A stretch of DNA of 64,000 nucleotides from Bdellovibrionota bacterium (GCA_044337105.1 JBIIOE010000005.1:84-64083), one strand, 5' to 3'; counted from the first letter of the stretch, positions 19,050-29,030 are shown. The notes: a model not told the origin generated them from the sequence alone. Numbers and translations: made by a program.

Positions 19050-20126
19050 CTACCTCGATATATGCACATCGTTACCAAGGTGTCCGAGGGATGCCGCAAG
19101 CAACCTCGGATCACTAAGCTGGCTGGATTGAAGTAAAACCTCTCTCCAGCGAACGCCGTAGAAGCCAGGTCTGTACGCTGGTCTCTGATAGCTGCTTGAA
19201 GCATTGACGCCGAAATGCACCATGTTCAAGAAGAGCTGATTATTCCGACTCATGAAATCCAGAACATCGATCGCGGAGTGAATATATCCGTCACCCGCTC
19301 GCCCCCCTCGCACGACCGTCACGAGACCGACCCGCTCGGTTGGGGTTATGGTGCCGCGCGTCAAAATGAGTTGCTCAATCTCGGCCGCGAGCTCCGTCGG
19401 CTGAGGGAGCGCGCGCGCTATGCCTGGCACATGCTCAAACTGACGAGTCGAAACAACAGACACCCCATCACACCCTTGAAGCTCCTCGGCCATCTCGAGG
19501 ACATCAACCGCGCCGCGTGTCCCGGGGGTAAAACCGACCCTCACCGAGTCAATCCCGACCGATTCAAGCGCTGATATCAACGTTCCAACAAATCGTTTCA
19601 CGTCTTGTAGCTCTGGATCCGAGCACTCTTGACCGACGGCTCTGACAGTTCGGTCGAACACGATCAAGGCAGACGAAGAAAACCTTCGAGAGCGCACCTC
19701 GACATCAATCGGGATTGCCGGAAGCCGACTACGGAGAAAATCCCCGCACAGATCAATCAGAACTCCCTGATAGTTAGCCTTGAGAGAGAGGACGCTCGCA
19801 TTCGGCCTGACGGCCGCTTGTATTTCCGGCGATTCAAGAAACGAAGCGAGCTTACCCAATTTACTCTTGATGGAGCCCTTCGCCTCGGACGGAGTATAGC
19901 TGCGCGCAAGCGCCCAATGAGCCTCGTCATCCAAAAGCGCTCGGATGCCCTCTCGTACACTGAAGAATGTCGCTATATCGATGGATATTACCAAGAGGAT
20001 GAGCACGAAGGGCAAAAAGAGAATGGTAAAGACCAGTGAGGCTGCCCCTCGCTCTTGAAGCAACCACGATCCTCCATCTTCCAAATACACTCTTGTCTGC
20101 ACTGCGTTATTGCTCCACTGCGGCAT
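19050..20126 (-). CDS. TadG-like pilin/tip protein with a possible vWA-like domain
   Basis: ERG|AASLVFTILFLPFVLILLVISID N-terminus; ALIVFDRT beta strand; position in tad operon. Confidence 0.65.
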   Translation of the reverse strand: MPQWSNNAVQTRVYLEDGGSWLLQERGAASLVFTILFLPFVLILLVISIDIATFFSVREGIRALLDDEAHWALARSYTPSEAKGSIKSKLGKLASFLESPEIQAAVRPNASVLSLKANYQGVLIDLCGDFLRSRLPAIPIDVEVRSRRFSSSALIVFDRTVRAVGQECSDPELQDVKRFVGTLISALESVGIDSVRVGFTPGTRGAVDVLEMAEELQGCDGVSVVSTRQFEHVPGIARALPQPTELAAEIEQLILTRGTITPTERVGLVTVVRGGRAGDGYIHSAIDVLDFMSRNNQLFLNMVHFGVNASSSYQRPAYRPGFYGVRWREVLLQSSQLSDPRLLAASLGHLGNDVHISR

Positions 20127-20904
20127 TGGACACCTTTGACGTCAGGGATCCAACTTGAATAAGGGGTATAGTCAGAAAGCACACAATCAGGCCGGCAAAG
20201 GTCAGAACTAGGGGTAGCACAGCCTTGACCGGAAGTTTTGCTATCTCCTCTTCGACGCTCTCCTGGTAGTACGTTTGGGTCGCATCACTAAGCTCCTTGA
20301 GTGGGCGGACGAGCTCTCCACCTTGCTGATAGGCCAAGGCGAGATGGACAAAACAGTGCTTCACCGCTGGGCAGGGCACTCCTCGAGATATCGAGCGCAG
20401 CGAGTCCGCCACTGGCAGCCCCGCCTCGGCCAAGTCAACCACCTCGGACAGAAGAGCAGAGACGGGATCAGTGACACGAGATGACGCCTCACGCAGAGCG
20501 GGTACGATATCCAGCCCCGATCCCACCGCCATGACGATACGCTCCATGGTCATGGGGAGATTCAATTCCATACTCTTGACGAGTCGTGCGGCACGTCGCT
20601 CCTTACGACGCCGATACCACAGCTCTCCCGCGAGCGCTCCCAAAAGACCAAACAGTACCTCCTGAGGTCCGACGACAACCCCAAGTGCGCGACGCAGGAG
20701 AAGCATGCAGAGTGCTCCGACGATCCAAGCTACAACTCTGGGCCACTCATAGCATCGATTACCCGATACCTCGCCGCTGTGAGCTTGCGGGGTGGCGTCT
20801 TCGTCAGAGATCAAGGTGGAAGCCACTCTATTGCATCGAGTCTTGTCGGAGCCAACGACAAAAAGCAGCAAGCCAACCGCAAAAATGAGTAAGCTCCACA
20901 TCAT
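20107..20904 (-). CDS. tadC: TadC (T2SS F-family) platform protein
   Basis: LPMTMERIVMAVGSGL..L..LKELSD..EEEIAKLPVKAVLPL pattern. Confidence 0.8.
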   Translation of the reverse strand: MMWSLLIFAVGLLLFVVGSDKTRCNRVASTLISDEDATPQAHSGEVSGNRCYEWPRVVAWIVGALCMLLLRRALGVVVGPQEVLFGLLGALAGELWYRRRKERRAARLVKSMELNLPMTMERIVMAVGSGLDIVPALREASSRVTDPVSALLSEVVDLAEAGLPVADSLRSISRGVPCPAVKHCFVHLALAYQQGGELVRPLKELSDATQTYYQESVEEEIAKLPVKAVLPLVLTFAGLIVCFLTIPLIQVGSLTSKVSNAAVEQ

Positions 20905-20911
20905 AATTCGC

Positions 20912-21745
20912 CTACACCGATGTCTCTCGACCGAGCGACATCATCCACCCGACCCCTATCGCTATGAATACACCACCGGAGATCAGGAGCTTGCTTCCGA
21001 GAGAGTGCTGAAGAACCAATTGAATCCCATCAGGATTGGTTACCACCTGCATGAGCGCGATCAGCGCTGCACACAGAGAGATTCCGACTGCCGACATTCG
21101 GTGCATCACGAGCGCCGCCCGCGTCTTGCGCCTGAAAGACTGGCGCTGACGAACAACGCGCGTGACGCGATGCAACGGCTCCGCGAGCGAGCTTCCGTGT
21201 TTTCTCGAGAGTCGAAGACATCCTTTGAACAGCTCAATGTCAGGCGTTGTTACTTCGCGAAACAGCCTGTCGATGACCTCGTCCTCATCGCCACCCGCTG
21301 CCAGTGTCCGATGAAATCGCTCCAGCTCGGCGGTGAGGGCCGAATCAGAAGGAAGAAACTCGCGGGCCTCGGACAGCGCAACAAGAGGGTCGATCCCCGC
21401 GCGAACCGATGAAGCAACCGAGGTCAAAAGAGCGGGCAGGTCGCGATCCACACTGCGAAGTCGCTGCCGCACCAATCGCCTTTCCTTGAGGAAAAGAAAG
21501 ACAACACCGGCTGTGACGCAGAGGATCCCCTTGAGAATCCCCAACCAAGCAGCGACTATCGAGCCGGCCAACAGCAGTAAGGCCAGTGTAGTCCTACGTT
21601 GGAGCATCGAGAGAAAAAAGCTGCGAGTTTCATCGACAGTAGGCTCGTCTGACGAGGAGCTCAGAGCATTTCTGACTCCCACTTCCGCCATGGGCTTTAC
21701 GAGCTGCTCAACGATTCTGTCTCTCCCTCGCAATGACGCAAACAT
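20912..21745 (-). CDS. tadB: TadB (T2SS F-family) platform protein
   Basis: DLPALLTSVASSVRAGID..HGSSLAEPL pattern; follows the CpaF gene. Confidence 0.82.
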   Translation of the reverse strand: MFASLRGRDRIVEQLVKPMAEVGVRNALSSSSDEPTVDETRSFFLSMLQRRTTLALLLLAGSIVAAWLGILKGILCVTAGVVFLFLKERRLVRQRLRSVDRDLPALLTSVASSVRAGIDPLVALSEAREFLPSDSALTAELERFHRTLAAGGDEDEVIDRLFREVTTPDIELFKGCLRLSRKHGSSLAEPLHRVTRVVRQRQSFRRKTRAALVMHRMSAVGISLCAALIALMQVVTNPDGIQLVLQHSLGSKLLISGGVFIAIGVGWMMSLGRETSV

Positions 21746-21751
21746 CTCGTC

Positions 21752-23101
21752 CTACCTCCCCAGAGACTGCGCGGCTTCACGATAGGAAACCTCCAATGGA
21801 AGCTCGAGCACATCGGGAATCTTGGAGAACGAGAACGGTGCGCACTCCTTTTCGAGCTTTTCACGGAAGGCACTCACACGATTGACGAGACTCCACTGAG
21901 GAGTTCCATGCGTTGCCTTGTATGCGAATATTTCGCGCTGACGCAGTACTCCATCGGCAACAGGGCCAAGCTCTCGCACCTCCATGATGCGACGAACGCC
22001 GGTGACCTTACAGAGATCGACCACAACCACCACCTGTACGGCTGTGACCACTTGTGCACTCAAAAGCGTCTTGTCGGCGTTACGCTGTGCGCGCGCTAAG
22101 AAAAGCTCGAGACGGGTAACTGCATCGAGCGCACTCCTGCCATGCAGCGTCGAAAGCCCTGGATGACCCGATGCACACACATCGACGAAGGCTTCGGCAG
22201 CCTCCGCATCGCGAATCTCTCCGAAGACAATTCGATTCATCGCCATACGCATACCCGCACGAATGCATTGTGCCGGAGCAACGCGTCCCGCTCCTTCGAG
22301 ATTAGCTTCTCGTGTCGTGACATAGCGCACATGAGGGTGATCAAGTCGAATTTCGGGTGTATCCTCGATGACCAGAACCGATTCATCGTGCGGGATAGCC
22401 CCCGCCAGGGCTCGCGCCAGCGTAGTCTTACCGGTGCCCACTTCACCTACGACCAGGAGTGTGCGCCCTATGCTGACAAGACCTCTTAGGTATTCGAAGA
22501 TCGGCCTGGGAGCCAACCCTACCGCCACGAGATCGTCGAGCGAGACTGAGGTGTAGCGATTGATACGAATGGTCAAATACGGACCTTCGTCGCACAGCAC
22601 TTTATGGACGGCATGAACACGTACGAGCGCCCCGATCATTCCGTCTGCTATGGGCTGCTTGGTAGAATACGAGGTTCCGGCGCGATGAAGGAGTCGCTCG
22701 ACAAACGCTTCGTAAGAGCGCTGATCCGCGAACCTGATCTGCGTTCGGATATTTCTCCTTCCTTGCTGGATCGAAACCTTTCCGAAACTGGATACGATGA
22801 TATCCGAAATCCGCACGTCGTCTATGAGCGGTTGTAAGACTCCAAAGGAGAACCAATCTCCTTCTAAATGGGTCAGTATCTCGTCGCGCTCGAGACTCGA
22901 GAGCTCGACACCGAGCCGGGTCGCCGCCTCCAATACCAATGCGCCAGCATCACGATATCCGCCGGGGAAATTTTGCTGTTGGGAAGCTTTAGAGTTCTGA
23001 CGACGCGCCTCCTCGAGCACATGCGCGAGCACCGGAGGTAGCGTAGGCGTCTCGCGCGAAGAGACCACCCTATCTTTGACTGGCACTTCTCCCATCACCA
23101 C
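21752..23101 (-). CDS. cpaF: CpaF/TadA pilus assembly ATPase
   Basis: Walker A GEVGTGKTT, IEDTPEI, RMAMNRIVFGEIR and STLHG; start may be GTG near 23068. Confidence 0.93.
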   Translation of the reverse strand: MVMGEVPVKDRVVSSRETPTLPPVLAHVLEEARRQNSKASQQQNFPGGYRDAGALVLEAATRLGVELSSLERDEILTHLEGDWFSFGVLQPLIDDVRISDIIVSSFGKVSIQQGRRNIRTQIRFADQRSYEAFVERLLHRAGTSYSTKQPIADGMIGALVRVHAVHKVLCDEGPYLTIRINRYTSVSLDDLVAVGLAPRPIFEYLRGLVSIGRTLLVVGEVGTGKTTLARALAGAIPHDESVLVIEDTPEIRLDHPHVRYVTTREANLEGAGRVAPAQCIRAGMRMAMNRIVFGEIRDAEAAEAFVDVCASGHPGLSTLHGRSALDAVTRLELFLARAQRNADKTLLSAQVVTAVQVVVVVDLCKVTGVRRIMEVRELGPVADGVLRQREIFAYKATHGTPQWSLVNRVSAFREKLEKECAPFSFSKIPDVLELPLEVSYREAAQSLGR

Positions 23102-23984
23102 CTTCTCTCAACAAAAATCCGGCTGGAATGCCTTCCGTCGGAACCCAGGCTCCGTCAACCAGTGCGAAGCTCTTCTTTTCCGGCCCACTACCCACAGAAA
23201 CCACTCCGCTTACCCGGGCACCGCTGGAGGGCTTGCGATCATGAGACAAGGAATCGGCCGAAAACTGGGTCGTTCTCCAGGTATCCGGATCACGGGCACT
23301 TCGCAGCGCGAATGCTATTTTTCCGAGCGCTACCGCTGTATTAATCGCGAGACACTGGTCCTGCGTAACTAGCAGGGTCACAGTGCTCGGGATCGGGGCC
23401 TGCGTCGATTCGTCACCAGGCGAGAGAGAGCGTTCGGCAGATATGACTTTGACCTGCTCAGCAACGACTGTGGTTCGGGATGGTTGCACCAGAAGGACGT
23501 CCACGATCGATCCGCTGCGAACCCATCCTTCGACAGCCGCAGTGGCATCGACACGCACAGTCATCGCACGCATCCCGGGCGGGATTCTTCCTACTATTGG
23601 GTTGGAGACCTCGTCTGGAGACCCCAGATTCGACGTTACTATGGGCAAACCTCCCGGAAGTGCCACCAAAGCAACCGCGTCGCGCCACGTACCTAAATCA
23701 CGAACCGCCGCTTCCGGCAATTGATGCTCAGGAAAGGGCTCCATCCGCACCGGAATGTCCCTCACATGAGTGCCAGCAGGTACCGGCCCCTGTGGGACCG
23801 GTATGTGCACGACGTTGAACTCCGGGACAAATGCTCGTTGCCGCTCAACTACGGGAACAGAGACATATGCCCGTCCGAGCTGATACGCTCCGAGCAACAT
23901 CGCAACACACAGCGAAAGCAGCCCGAGCGAGCGCGCCCCAGCAGGAGTGCGACGGGGCCGCACTGTCGCAGATCGAACAACCAC
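23070..23984 (-). CDS. cpaB: CpaB/RcpC Flp pilus assembly protein
   Basis: N-terminal TM, SAF-like region, IPPGMRAMTVRVD..GWVRSGSIVDVL; GTG 23984 follows GGAG. Confidence 0.88.
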   Translation of the reverse strand: MVVRSATVRPRRTPAGARSLGLLSLCVAMLLGAYQLGRAYVSVPVVERQRAFVPEFNVVHIPVPQGPVPAGTHVRDIPVRMEPFPEHQLPEAAVRDLGTWRDAVALVALPGGLPIVTSNLGSPDEVSNPIVGRIPPGMRAMTVRVDATAAVEGWVRSGSIVDVLLVQPSRTTVVAEQVKVISAERSLSPGDESTQAPIPSTVTLLVTQDQCLAINTAVALGKIAFALRSARDPDTWRTTQFSADSLSHDRKPSSGARVSGVVSVGSGPEKKSFALVDGAWVPTEGIPAGFLLREGGDGRSASQR

Positions 23985-23994
23985 ACCTACTCCG

Positions 23995-24174
23995 TTAGTT
24001 TGATATGCCTGCGGAGCGCCGCTGAGCCCATTGCCCAACGGCGGCGAGCAAGTCACTCAGATTCCCACCCAAGGCATTGAGCGCTGTCCATAAAATTCCA
24101 GCTATTATCGCTGCCCCTGCGCAGTATTCCAGCAAAGTGTAGCCTTTCTCACTCGTTCTATTCTTCTTGTTCAT
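23995..24174 (-). CDS. flp: Flp (type IVc) major pilin
   Basis: KG|YTLLEY with E+5/Y+6 Flp motif and a hydrophobic helix; about 59 aa. Confidence 0.88.
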   Translation of the reverse strand: MNKKNRTSEKGYTLLEYCAGAAIIAGILWTALNALGGNLSDLLAAVGQWAQRRSAGISN

Positions 24175-24194
24175 GCAGCGCATCCTTTCATCTA

Positions 24195-25556
24195 TCAACC
24201 ACTTACTACTGCCTTGGATACGAGCGCATCCTCGACATCTCCTTGTTCAAAAGACTGCTCGGTTCTGCCTGCGGGAAGGAGTGCAGTCGAGCCAAAATCC
24301 TGCCCGCTCGAAACCACCAGCTTACCCGCTGTTTTAGGCGCTCTTTTCTTCGGCATAATGCGTCGAGCCGACGATAGCAGCGCCATGAGCACCTTACCGA
24401 CTCCTCGCTGGGCGTTCTCCTCACCATCGTCGAGGAGCGGCTGAATACTTCGCTTGAGAGCAGGAAAGGCTGTACGCCCGCTGCACGCCCAGCGGGCCCC
24501 CTGCGAGGAGTAAGGGAGCACAAATGTACGAGTTGGAATATCGTTGTGCACCAATACCTGTTGACGAACCACGCAGAGCGACGCTTGAGCTTTACTGTTC
24601 TGGTTAATCACTGAAGTCAGACGTGCGATAGGTCTCAGATACCCACCTATCAACGAGACCGCTTGCCTATTGGCAAATGCTCCTGCCGGATCTCTGTTTG
24701 CGACCAAAACCACTTCGTCGGTGCATTGATACAGTGCTTGTCTACACCCGCCTACGAGCGGCGCTGCGTCAACTACCACGGCCTGGAATTGAGATTGAAG
24801 AACCTCCAATACTGCCACGAAGGTCCGACAAGCTTGCGAGGAGGAGAGAAGTGCTTCATCTGTCGCTACCGGAGGAGGGACACATTTGAAGCGCGACTCG
24901 TCTCGCCATACGGGAAACGCACACTCAGCTACGGTCTCAGCCGTCACTACTCGCTGACAATCAAGTAGCAGCCGCAAAGGCTCGTTCACATAGGGGCGAA
25001 CCTGTAGGCAGCGGGTCAGGTCCTGCGAGAAGATATCCCCGTCCACAACACAAACATTTTTCCCGGCATCGAGCCACGCCTCGGCAAGCGCGGCCGTGAC
25101 CAAGGTCGCCCCTACTCCTCCTCGCGCAGCATCCACTACGATGAGCCGTCCCTTCTCAGCTGAAGCGACTCGCCGCTTCAAGAGGACCAAGCGCCGAAAG
25201 AATTCCTCACTCGAGGCCGTATCCATGAGGACGTCGTCTACACCGAGGCGGCCTAACTGCTCAATCATTCCGAAGGAAAACGTGGCGCTATCGAGCACGC
25301 ACAGCACCACCTTGCCTGGCAACTGCTGTCGAATCAGATTAACGTAAGCGGCATCGGCTGAGATGAGCTCGGGGCCTATGAGACAAACATCAAGATCGCC
25401 GTGGAAACGGACTTCCTGCGGAGCAAGGAGGTGAAGCGATACCCGAGGAAGAGAAAAATGCCGCGCTTCGGGCTGGGACCAGGTCCAGCGTTCGACAAGC
25501 TGAGCCAATCTTCTGCGGCCCTCTGCACTCAAGTCGATCAATCCAAGCTCGATCAT
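24195..25556 (-). CDS. cpaE: CpaE/TadZ-like ParA/MinD ATPase with N-terminal pseudo-receiver
   Basis: Deviant Walker A ARGGVGAT, VCVVDGD, AVVVDAAP; first gene of the tad operon. Confidence 0.8.
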   Translation of the reverse strand: MIELGLIDLSAEGRRRLAQLVERWTWSQPEARHFSLPRVSLHLLAPQEVRFHGDLDVCLIGPELISADAAYVNLIRQQLPGKVVLCVLDSATFSFGMIEQLGRLGVDDVLMDTASSEEFFRRLVLLKRRVASAEKGRLIVVDAARGGVGATLVTAALAEAWLDAGKNVCVVDGDIFSQDLTRCLQVRPYVNEPLRLLLDCQRVVTAETVAECAFPVWRDESRFKCVPPPVATDEALLSSSQACRTFVAVLEVLQSQFQAVVVDAAPLVGGCRQALYQCTDEVVLVANRDPAGAFANRQAVSLIGGYLRPIARLTSVINQNSKAQASLCVVRQQVLVHNDIPTRTFVLPYSSQGARWACSGRTAFPALKRSIQPLLDDGEENAQRGVGKVLMALLSSARRIMPKKRAPKTAGKLVVSSGQDFGSTALLPAGRTEQSFEQGDVEDALVSKAVVSG

Positions 25557-25870
25557 TTCGCCCCATGACGCAACGCTCTACTGATGACTGACACAGGCGT
25601 CGCACTACTACTGCAAGACACGATGGCGGACTCTAGCATGGCTCTTTCTGCTTATGTCACATCTTTTTCCCATGTCGGCTACGATGAGCCTACTTGCGTT
25701 CAGTTATTTACTAAAAGAAACATCCTGGCGGATGCCTTTTATGGGTCGATTGTCTGATTGCCGATTGACTTAGTAGTCAGTTGACTCATTTTTGCTTTCC
25801 TGCAGCGTTGGCTCAAAGGGAGGCAAGAATCCCATGATTGCGCCCGCTGTTTATTCGGAGCAAACTTCGT

Positions 25871-26578
25871 ATGAGTATGGGATTACTAGAGCTTCGAAAA
25901 AACTGGGTATTCGGCGGTTATTCGTGCACCTTCGCTTCGACTGCACAACTTTCAGACCCGGGACTATGTGACCTGGTAGATGGATGCCTCAGAACGCTCC
26001 TCCCGACTTTGAGTCCGGAGGGTACAGGGGCAGAGCTCGTAGACTTCAAAGGGCGCAACCACTTGGACGAGGTCCTTCCGGGTCTTCCCGCAGCCCACAA
26101 AGACGAGCTGTTTAGGGTTGGGGGAGAATGCGCAATCCACGAAGAGCCTGAAGGGTTTGCGTGGGACCACTTCGACCTCTGTTGCTACTCCCCGTTTACT
26201 CGCTTCGAGGGCGCCCACCACATCGTTCACTCGCTGGAGATTCACCGAACCGGGGCGCTCCCGTCATGGCTTGCACCTCGACTGCTCGGATGTGCCGCAC
26301 CTATCAAACTCCGCTACTTCCGTTTTGGCCTCGAGCATTTTCGGACGAGGAGAACCTTTGCGTCTCTTGGTTATACTCCTCAGATCACCGAATCTCTCTT
26401 GCTCGATTGCTGCTCCAACACCCTCAGCTTACGCATGACGGTAGAGTCCGATTCGAGGAAGGCAGAAAACCCGTTCGATAGGGTTACGCAACTAGGACTT
26501 TTCGCCAAAGTCTTGCGCCAAACCTCTGGAATAGACATTGAAGGTGACTACATGAGGGACCTTAGGAATAATTGGTGA
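25871..26578 (+). CDS. Hypothetical protein
   Basis: Long ORF filling the gap, divergent from cpaE; no recognised motif. Confidence 0.6.
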   Translation: MSMGLLELRKNWVFGGYSCTFASTAQLSDPGLCDLVDGCLRTLLPTLSPEGTGAELVDFKGRNHLDEVLPGLPAAHKDELFRVGGECAIHEEPEGFAWDHFDLCCYSPFTRFEGAHHIVHSLEIHRTGALPSWLAPRLLGCAAPIKLRYFRFGLEHFRTRRTFASLGYTPQITESLLLDCCSNTLSLRMTVESDSRKAENPFDRVTQLGLFAKVLRQTSGIDIEGDYMRDLRNNW

Positions 26579-26672
26579 GACAGGGTGCGCGAGTCTCTCA
26601 CTGTTGCTATTGTGGCGCACAGTAGGAAGGGGCTTTGCCTCGCTTCCCAAGAAATCCTATACGGCGGAAATC

Positions 26673-27407
26673 ATGCCAAGAATGTTCAGAATCCCCTATT
26701 TTTCCTTCCACCACTCAGCGCACGTCTTGACGGTAGCTATCGTTGTACTCTCGGTCGTGCAAGGGCTCTTGATGCAGCAAGGCGCCTACGCTTTTTTCTT
26801 TATTCCGCTCGCAGTCATTTACGACTTGCACGTATGGCGGCCTTTTACCGCTCTGTTCTTAGCACCCAACCCATTAGAGATTATTTTCGGCGGATTGATC
26901 ATCTACAGCGTCGGAGGAAACCTCGAGAGCTTGTGGGGCAGGAAGAGATTTCTCCGCATCGCTCTGGGCATACCACTGGCAGCTGAAATCGTCGTTCTAG
27001 GCATAGCCCTTCTCTTCCCCTCAATATTTAGCGCCTCTGCCTACGCAGGAGCGCGCCAGATTATAACGACCATCTGGATAATGTTTGGTCTTACATCTCA
27101 CTTCCAGGGACAGCGCCTCAATTTCTGGGGCACCCCGCTCAAGGGCAATACGTTTGCCTTGATAGGACTGGGCTTCGTTCTTCTCGGCGCCGTTTTTAAT
27201 GGGCTCGTTCCAGTCCTTCCAGAACTCATTACCGCTGGGCTGTGCTATGGCTATATGTACAGAGGAGAACTTCCAGACGTACGACGTCGAGCAGAGCTTG
27301 CGTATTACAACTGGAAGCTTGCTCGGCTAAAGAGCAAGAAAGGACTTCGCCTCGTCAAAGGCAAGCGAAACGGTAACGATCAAGAGCCCGGGCCTCACAT
27401 ACACTAA
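26673..27407 (+). CDS. Rhomboid-fold membrane protein, apparently lacking catalytic residues
   Basis: WRPFTALF, GGNLESLWGRKRFL rhomboid scaffold; YAGARQ replaces the GxSG motif; no catalytic His in the TM6 region. Confidence 0.7.
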   Translation: MPRMFRIPYFSFHHSAHVLTVAIVVLSVVQGLLMQQGAYAFFFIPLAVIYDLHVWRPFTALFLAPNPLEIIFGGLIIYSVGGNLESLWGRKRFLRIALGIPLAAEIVVLGIALLFPSIFSASAYAGARQIITTIWIMFGLTSHFQGQRLNFWGTPLKGNTFALIGLGFVLLGAVFNGLVPVLPELITAGLCYGYMYRGELPDVRRRAELAYYNWKLARLKSKKGLRLVKGKRNGNDQEPGPHIH

Positions 27408-27515
27408 GCGAACTCGCCATAGTTCTGTAGATACCCGAGAAAGTACGCGCGCAAGCAACCCCGTCGGCTGAGCGATTGGACATAAACCCTGCGCGAGTGA
27501 TGAGGCTGGGTTTAC

Positions 27516-28496
27516 TTACCCAACCAACGACAACACCATGAATATTCCCATCAACGCACAGGAGATGCCTGCACTCACCAAAACGACAGCCGGCATTCCT
27601 TTGATATCGATCTTGGGATTGAGGTCAAAGCGGTGGGCGTGCGGCTTCATCACAGAAACGAAACCGATCGTCATCAAGACAGCCCCCAAAAACAACATAC
27701 CAGTATACGCTTGCTTAGCACCTTGAGACATCGCGTCGAGCAACTCGTTCGCTGTGTGACGTCCTCTTTGGATGAACACCTCACCGGCAGGACGTGAGCC
27801 CACCAGGGACATTTCGTCTACCTGTCGAGCGATCACAGTGTAGTCGCCGGCAGGAAGAGACTCGTACCACACACGCATGTCGCCCAGAGAAACGCCCTCC
27901 ATGCCTGGCTCTCTTTTTATAAGCAGCTTGTTGTCTTTGATTTGGTGCGATGAGTCCTTGAGCATCTCGGGCGCAATCCGCACCGGAGATAACGCCTCGA
28001 TGACATCCACAATCCGAGCGCCATCGAACTCTCCAAAGAACATCGTAGGGGCACGCTTGTCAAAGGGCTGCACCTTCATGACCGGATTTTCGTGCCCTTC
28101 CGGTGCTCGGAAGCGAAAGAAATCGACCTCTCGTGGAACCCACTCCAGCGAATACGCAGCAGGATCAGAAGGCTTATCCTCTAGCTCAACATTCTCGACC
28201 CATTGGAACATCTCGACGTGCCGCACGAGACGAATCGCTGGCAACGGGTGCAAAAATTCATCCTCCAAAGGAACATCCCCTCGTAGAGCTCCCGAGGCTA
28301 CGACGACCTTGCCGTTATTGCCTGCATTCGGTCGAGACGCATCGACCTCGACAGCGCCTTGAAGGGCGTCCATGAGGGACGAACGCGTAGTCGACCCGCC
28401 AAGGCTACTGGCCCACATCATCACAAACCCGCAGGCCACCGTAAAAATGCCCAAAGCGGAATTCGTCTTCTTTCCGAGATCCTTGATCTTGACCAT
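27516..28496 (-). CDS. TMEM43/DUF1625-family protein
   Basis: NNGKVVVASG..LEDEF..IRLVRHVEMFQWVE signature; one N-terminal and two C-terminal TMs. Confidence 0.75.
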   Translation of the reverse strand: MVKIKDLGKKTNSALGIFTVACGFVMMWASSLGGSTTRSSLMDALQGAVEVDASRPNAGNNGKVVVASGALRGDVPLEDEFLHPLPAIRLVRHVEMFQWVENVELEDKPSDPAAYSLEWVPREVDFFRFRAPEGHENPVMKVQPFDKRAPTMFFGEFDGARIVDVIEALSPVRIAPEMLKDSSHQIKDNKLLIKREPGMEGVSLGDMRVWYESLPAGDYTVIARQVDEMSLVGSRPAGEVFIQRGRHTANELLDAMSQGAKQAYTGMLFLGAVLMTIGFVSVMKPHAHRFDLNPKIDIKGMPAVVLVSAGISCALMGIFMVLSLVG

Positions 28497-28508
28497 GCAA
28501 CAACCTCT

Positions 28509-29030
28509 CTACAGATACCCTTGCACCATCGCCCGCATCAGCAGCGCAATTGACTTTGAATCGCGTAGTCGACCCGTACGGACCGCATCCAACGCCTCAT
28601 CTTTTGACATCAGCACCGTCACGATGTTCTCATCCTCGTCGGGAGTTCCCTTCTCCGGCCGCAAGGCCCGAGCACAAAAAAGATACTGTCGTTCGTTACA
28701 AAACCCCGGCGTAGGAATCAAATCGCCGAGCGACACAAGATCATCAGAGGTCATCCCTATCTCTTCCGTCAACTCCCGACGAGCACACTCGCGAGGATCC
28801 TCCCCTGACTCCAGAGTCCCCGCCGGTAATTCCAGAAGAACCTCACGAATCGAGTGACGATACTGCTCGACAAAAACGAACCTTCCTTCGTTATCGATAG
28901 GAAGCACGACCACTGCTCCCGGATGCTCTATAGTCTCGTGTCGAAACAACTTCCCCTCGGGATTTTCCACCACCTCGCGAACCGCCCGCAGCCGGCCTTC
29001 GTACAAAACCTCGGAACTAATGATCTTCAT
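28509..29030 (-). CDS. Nudix hydrolase (ADP-ribose pyrophosphatase-like)
   Basis: Nudix box ELPAGTLESGEDPRECARRELTEEIG; EQYRH, HPGAV. Confidence 0.92.
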   Translation of the reverse strand: MKIISSEVLYEGRLRAVREVVENPEGKLFRHETIEHPGAVVVLPIDNEGRFVFVEQYRHSIREVLLELPAGTLESGEDPRECARRELTEEIGMTSDDLVSLGDLIPTPGFCNERQYLFCARALRPEKGTPDEDENIVTVLMSKDEALDAVRTGRLRDSKSIALLMRAMVQGYL

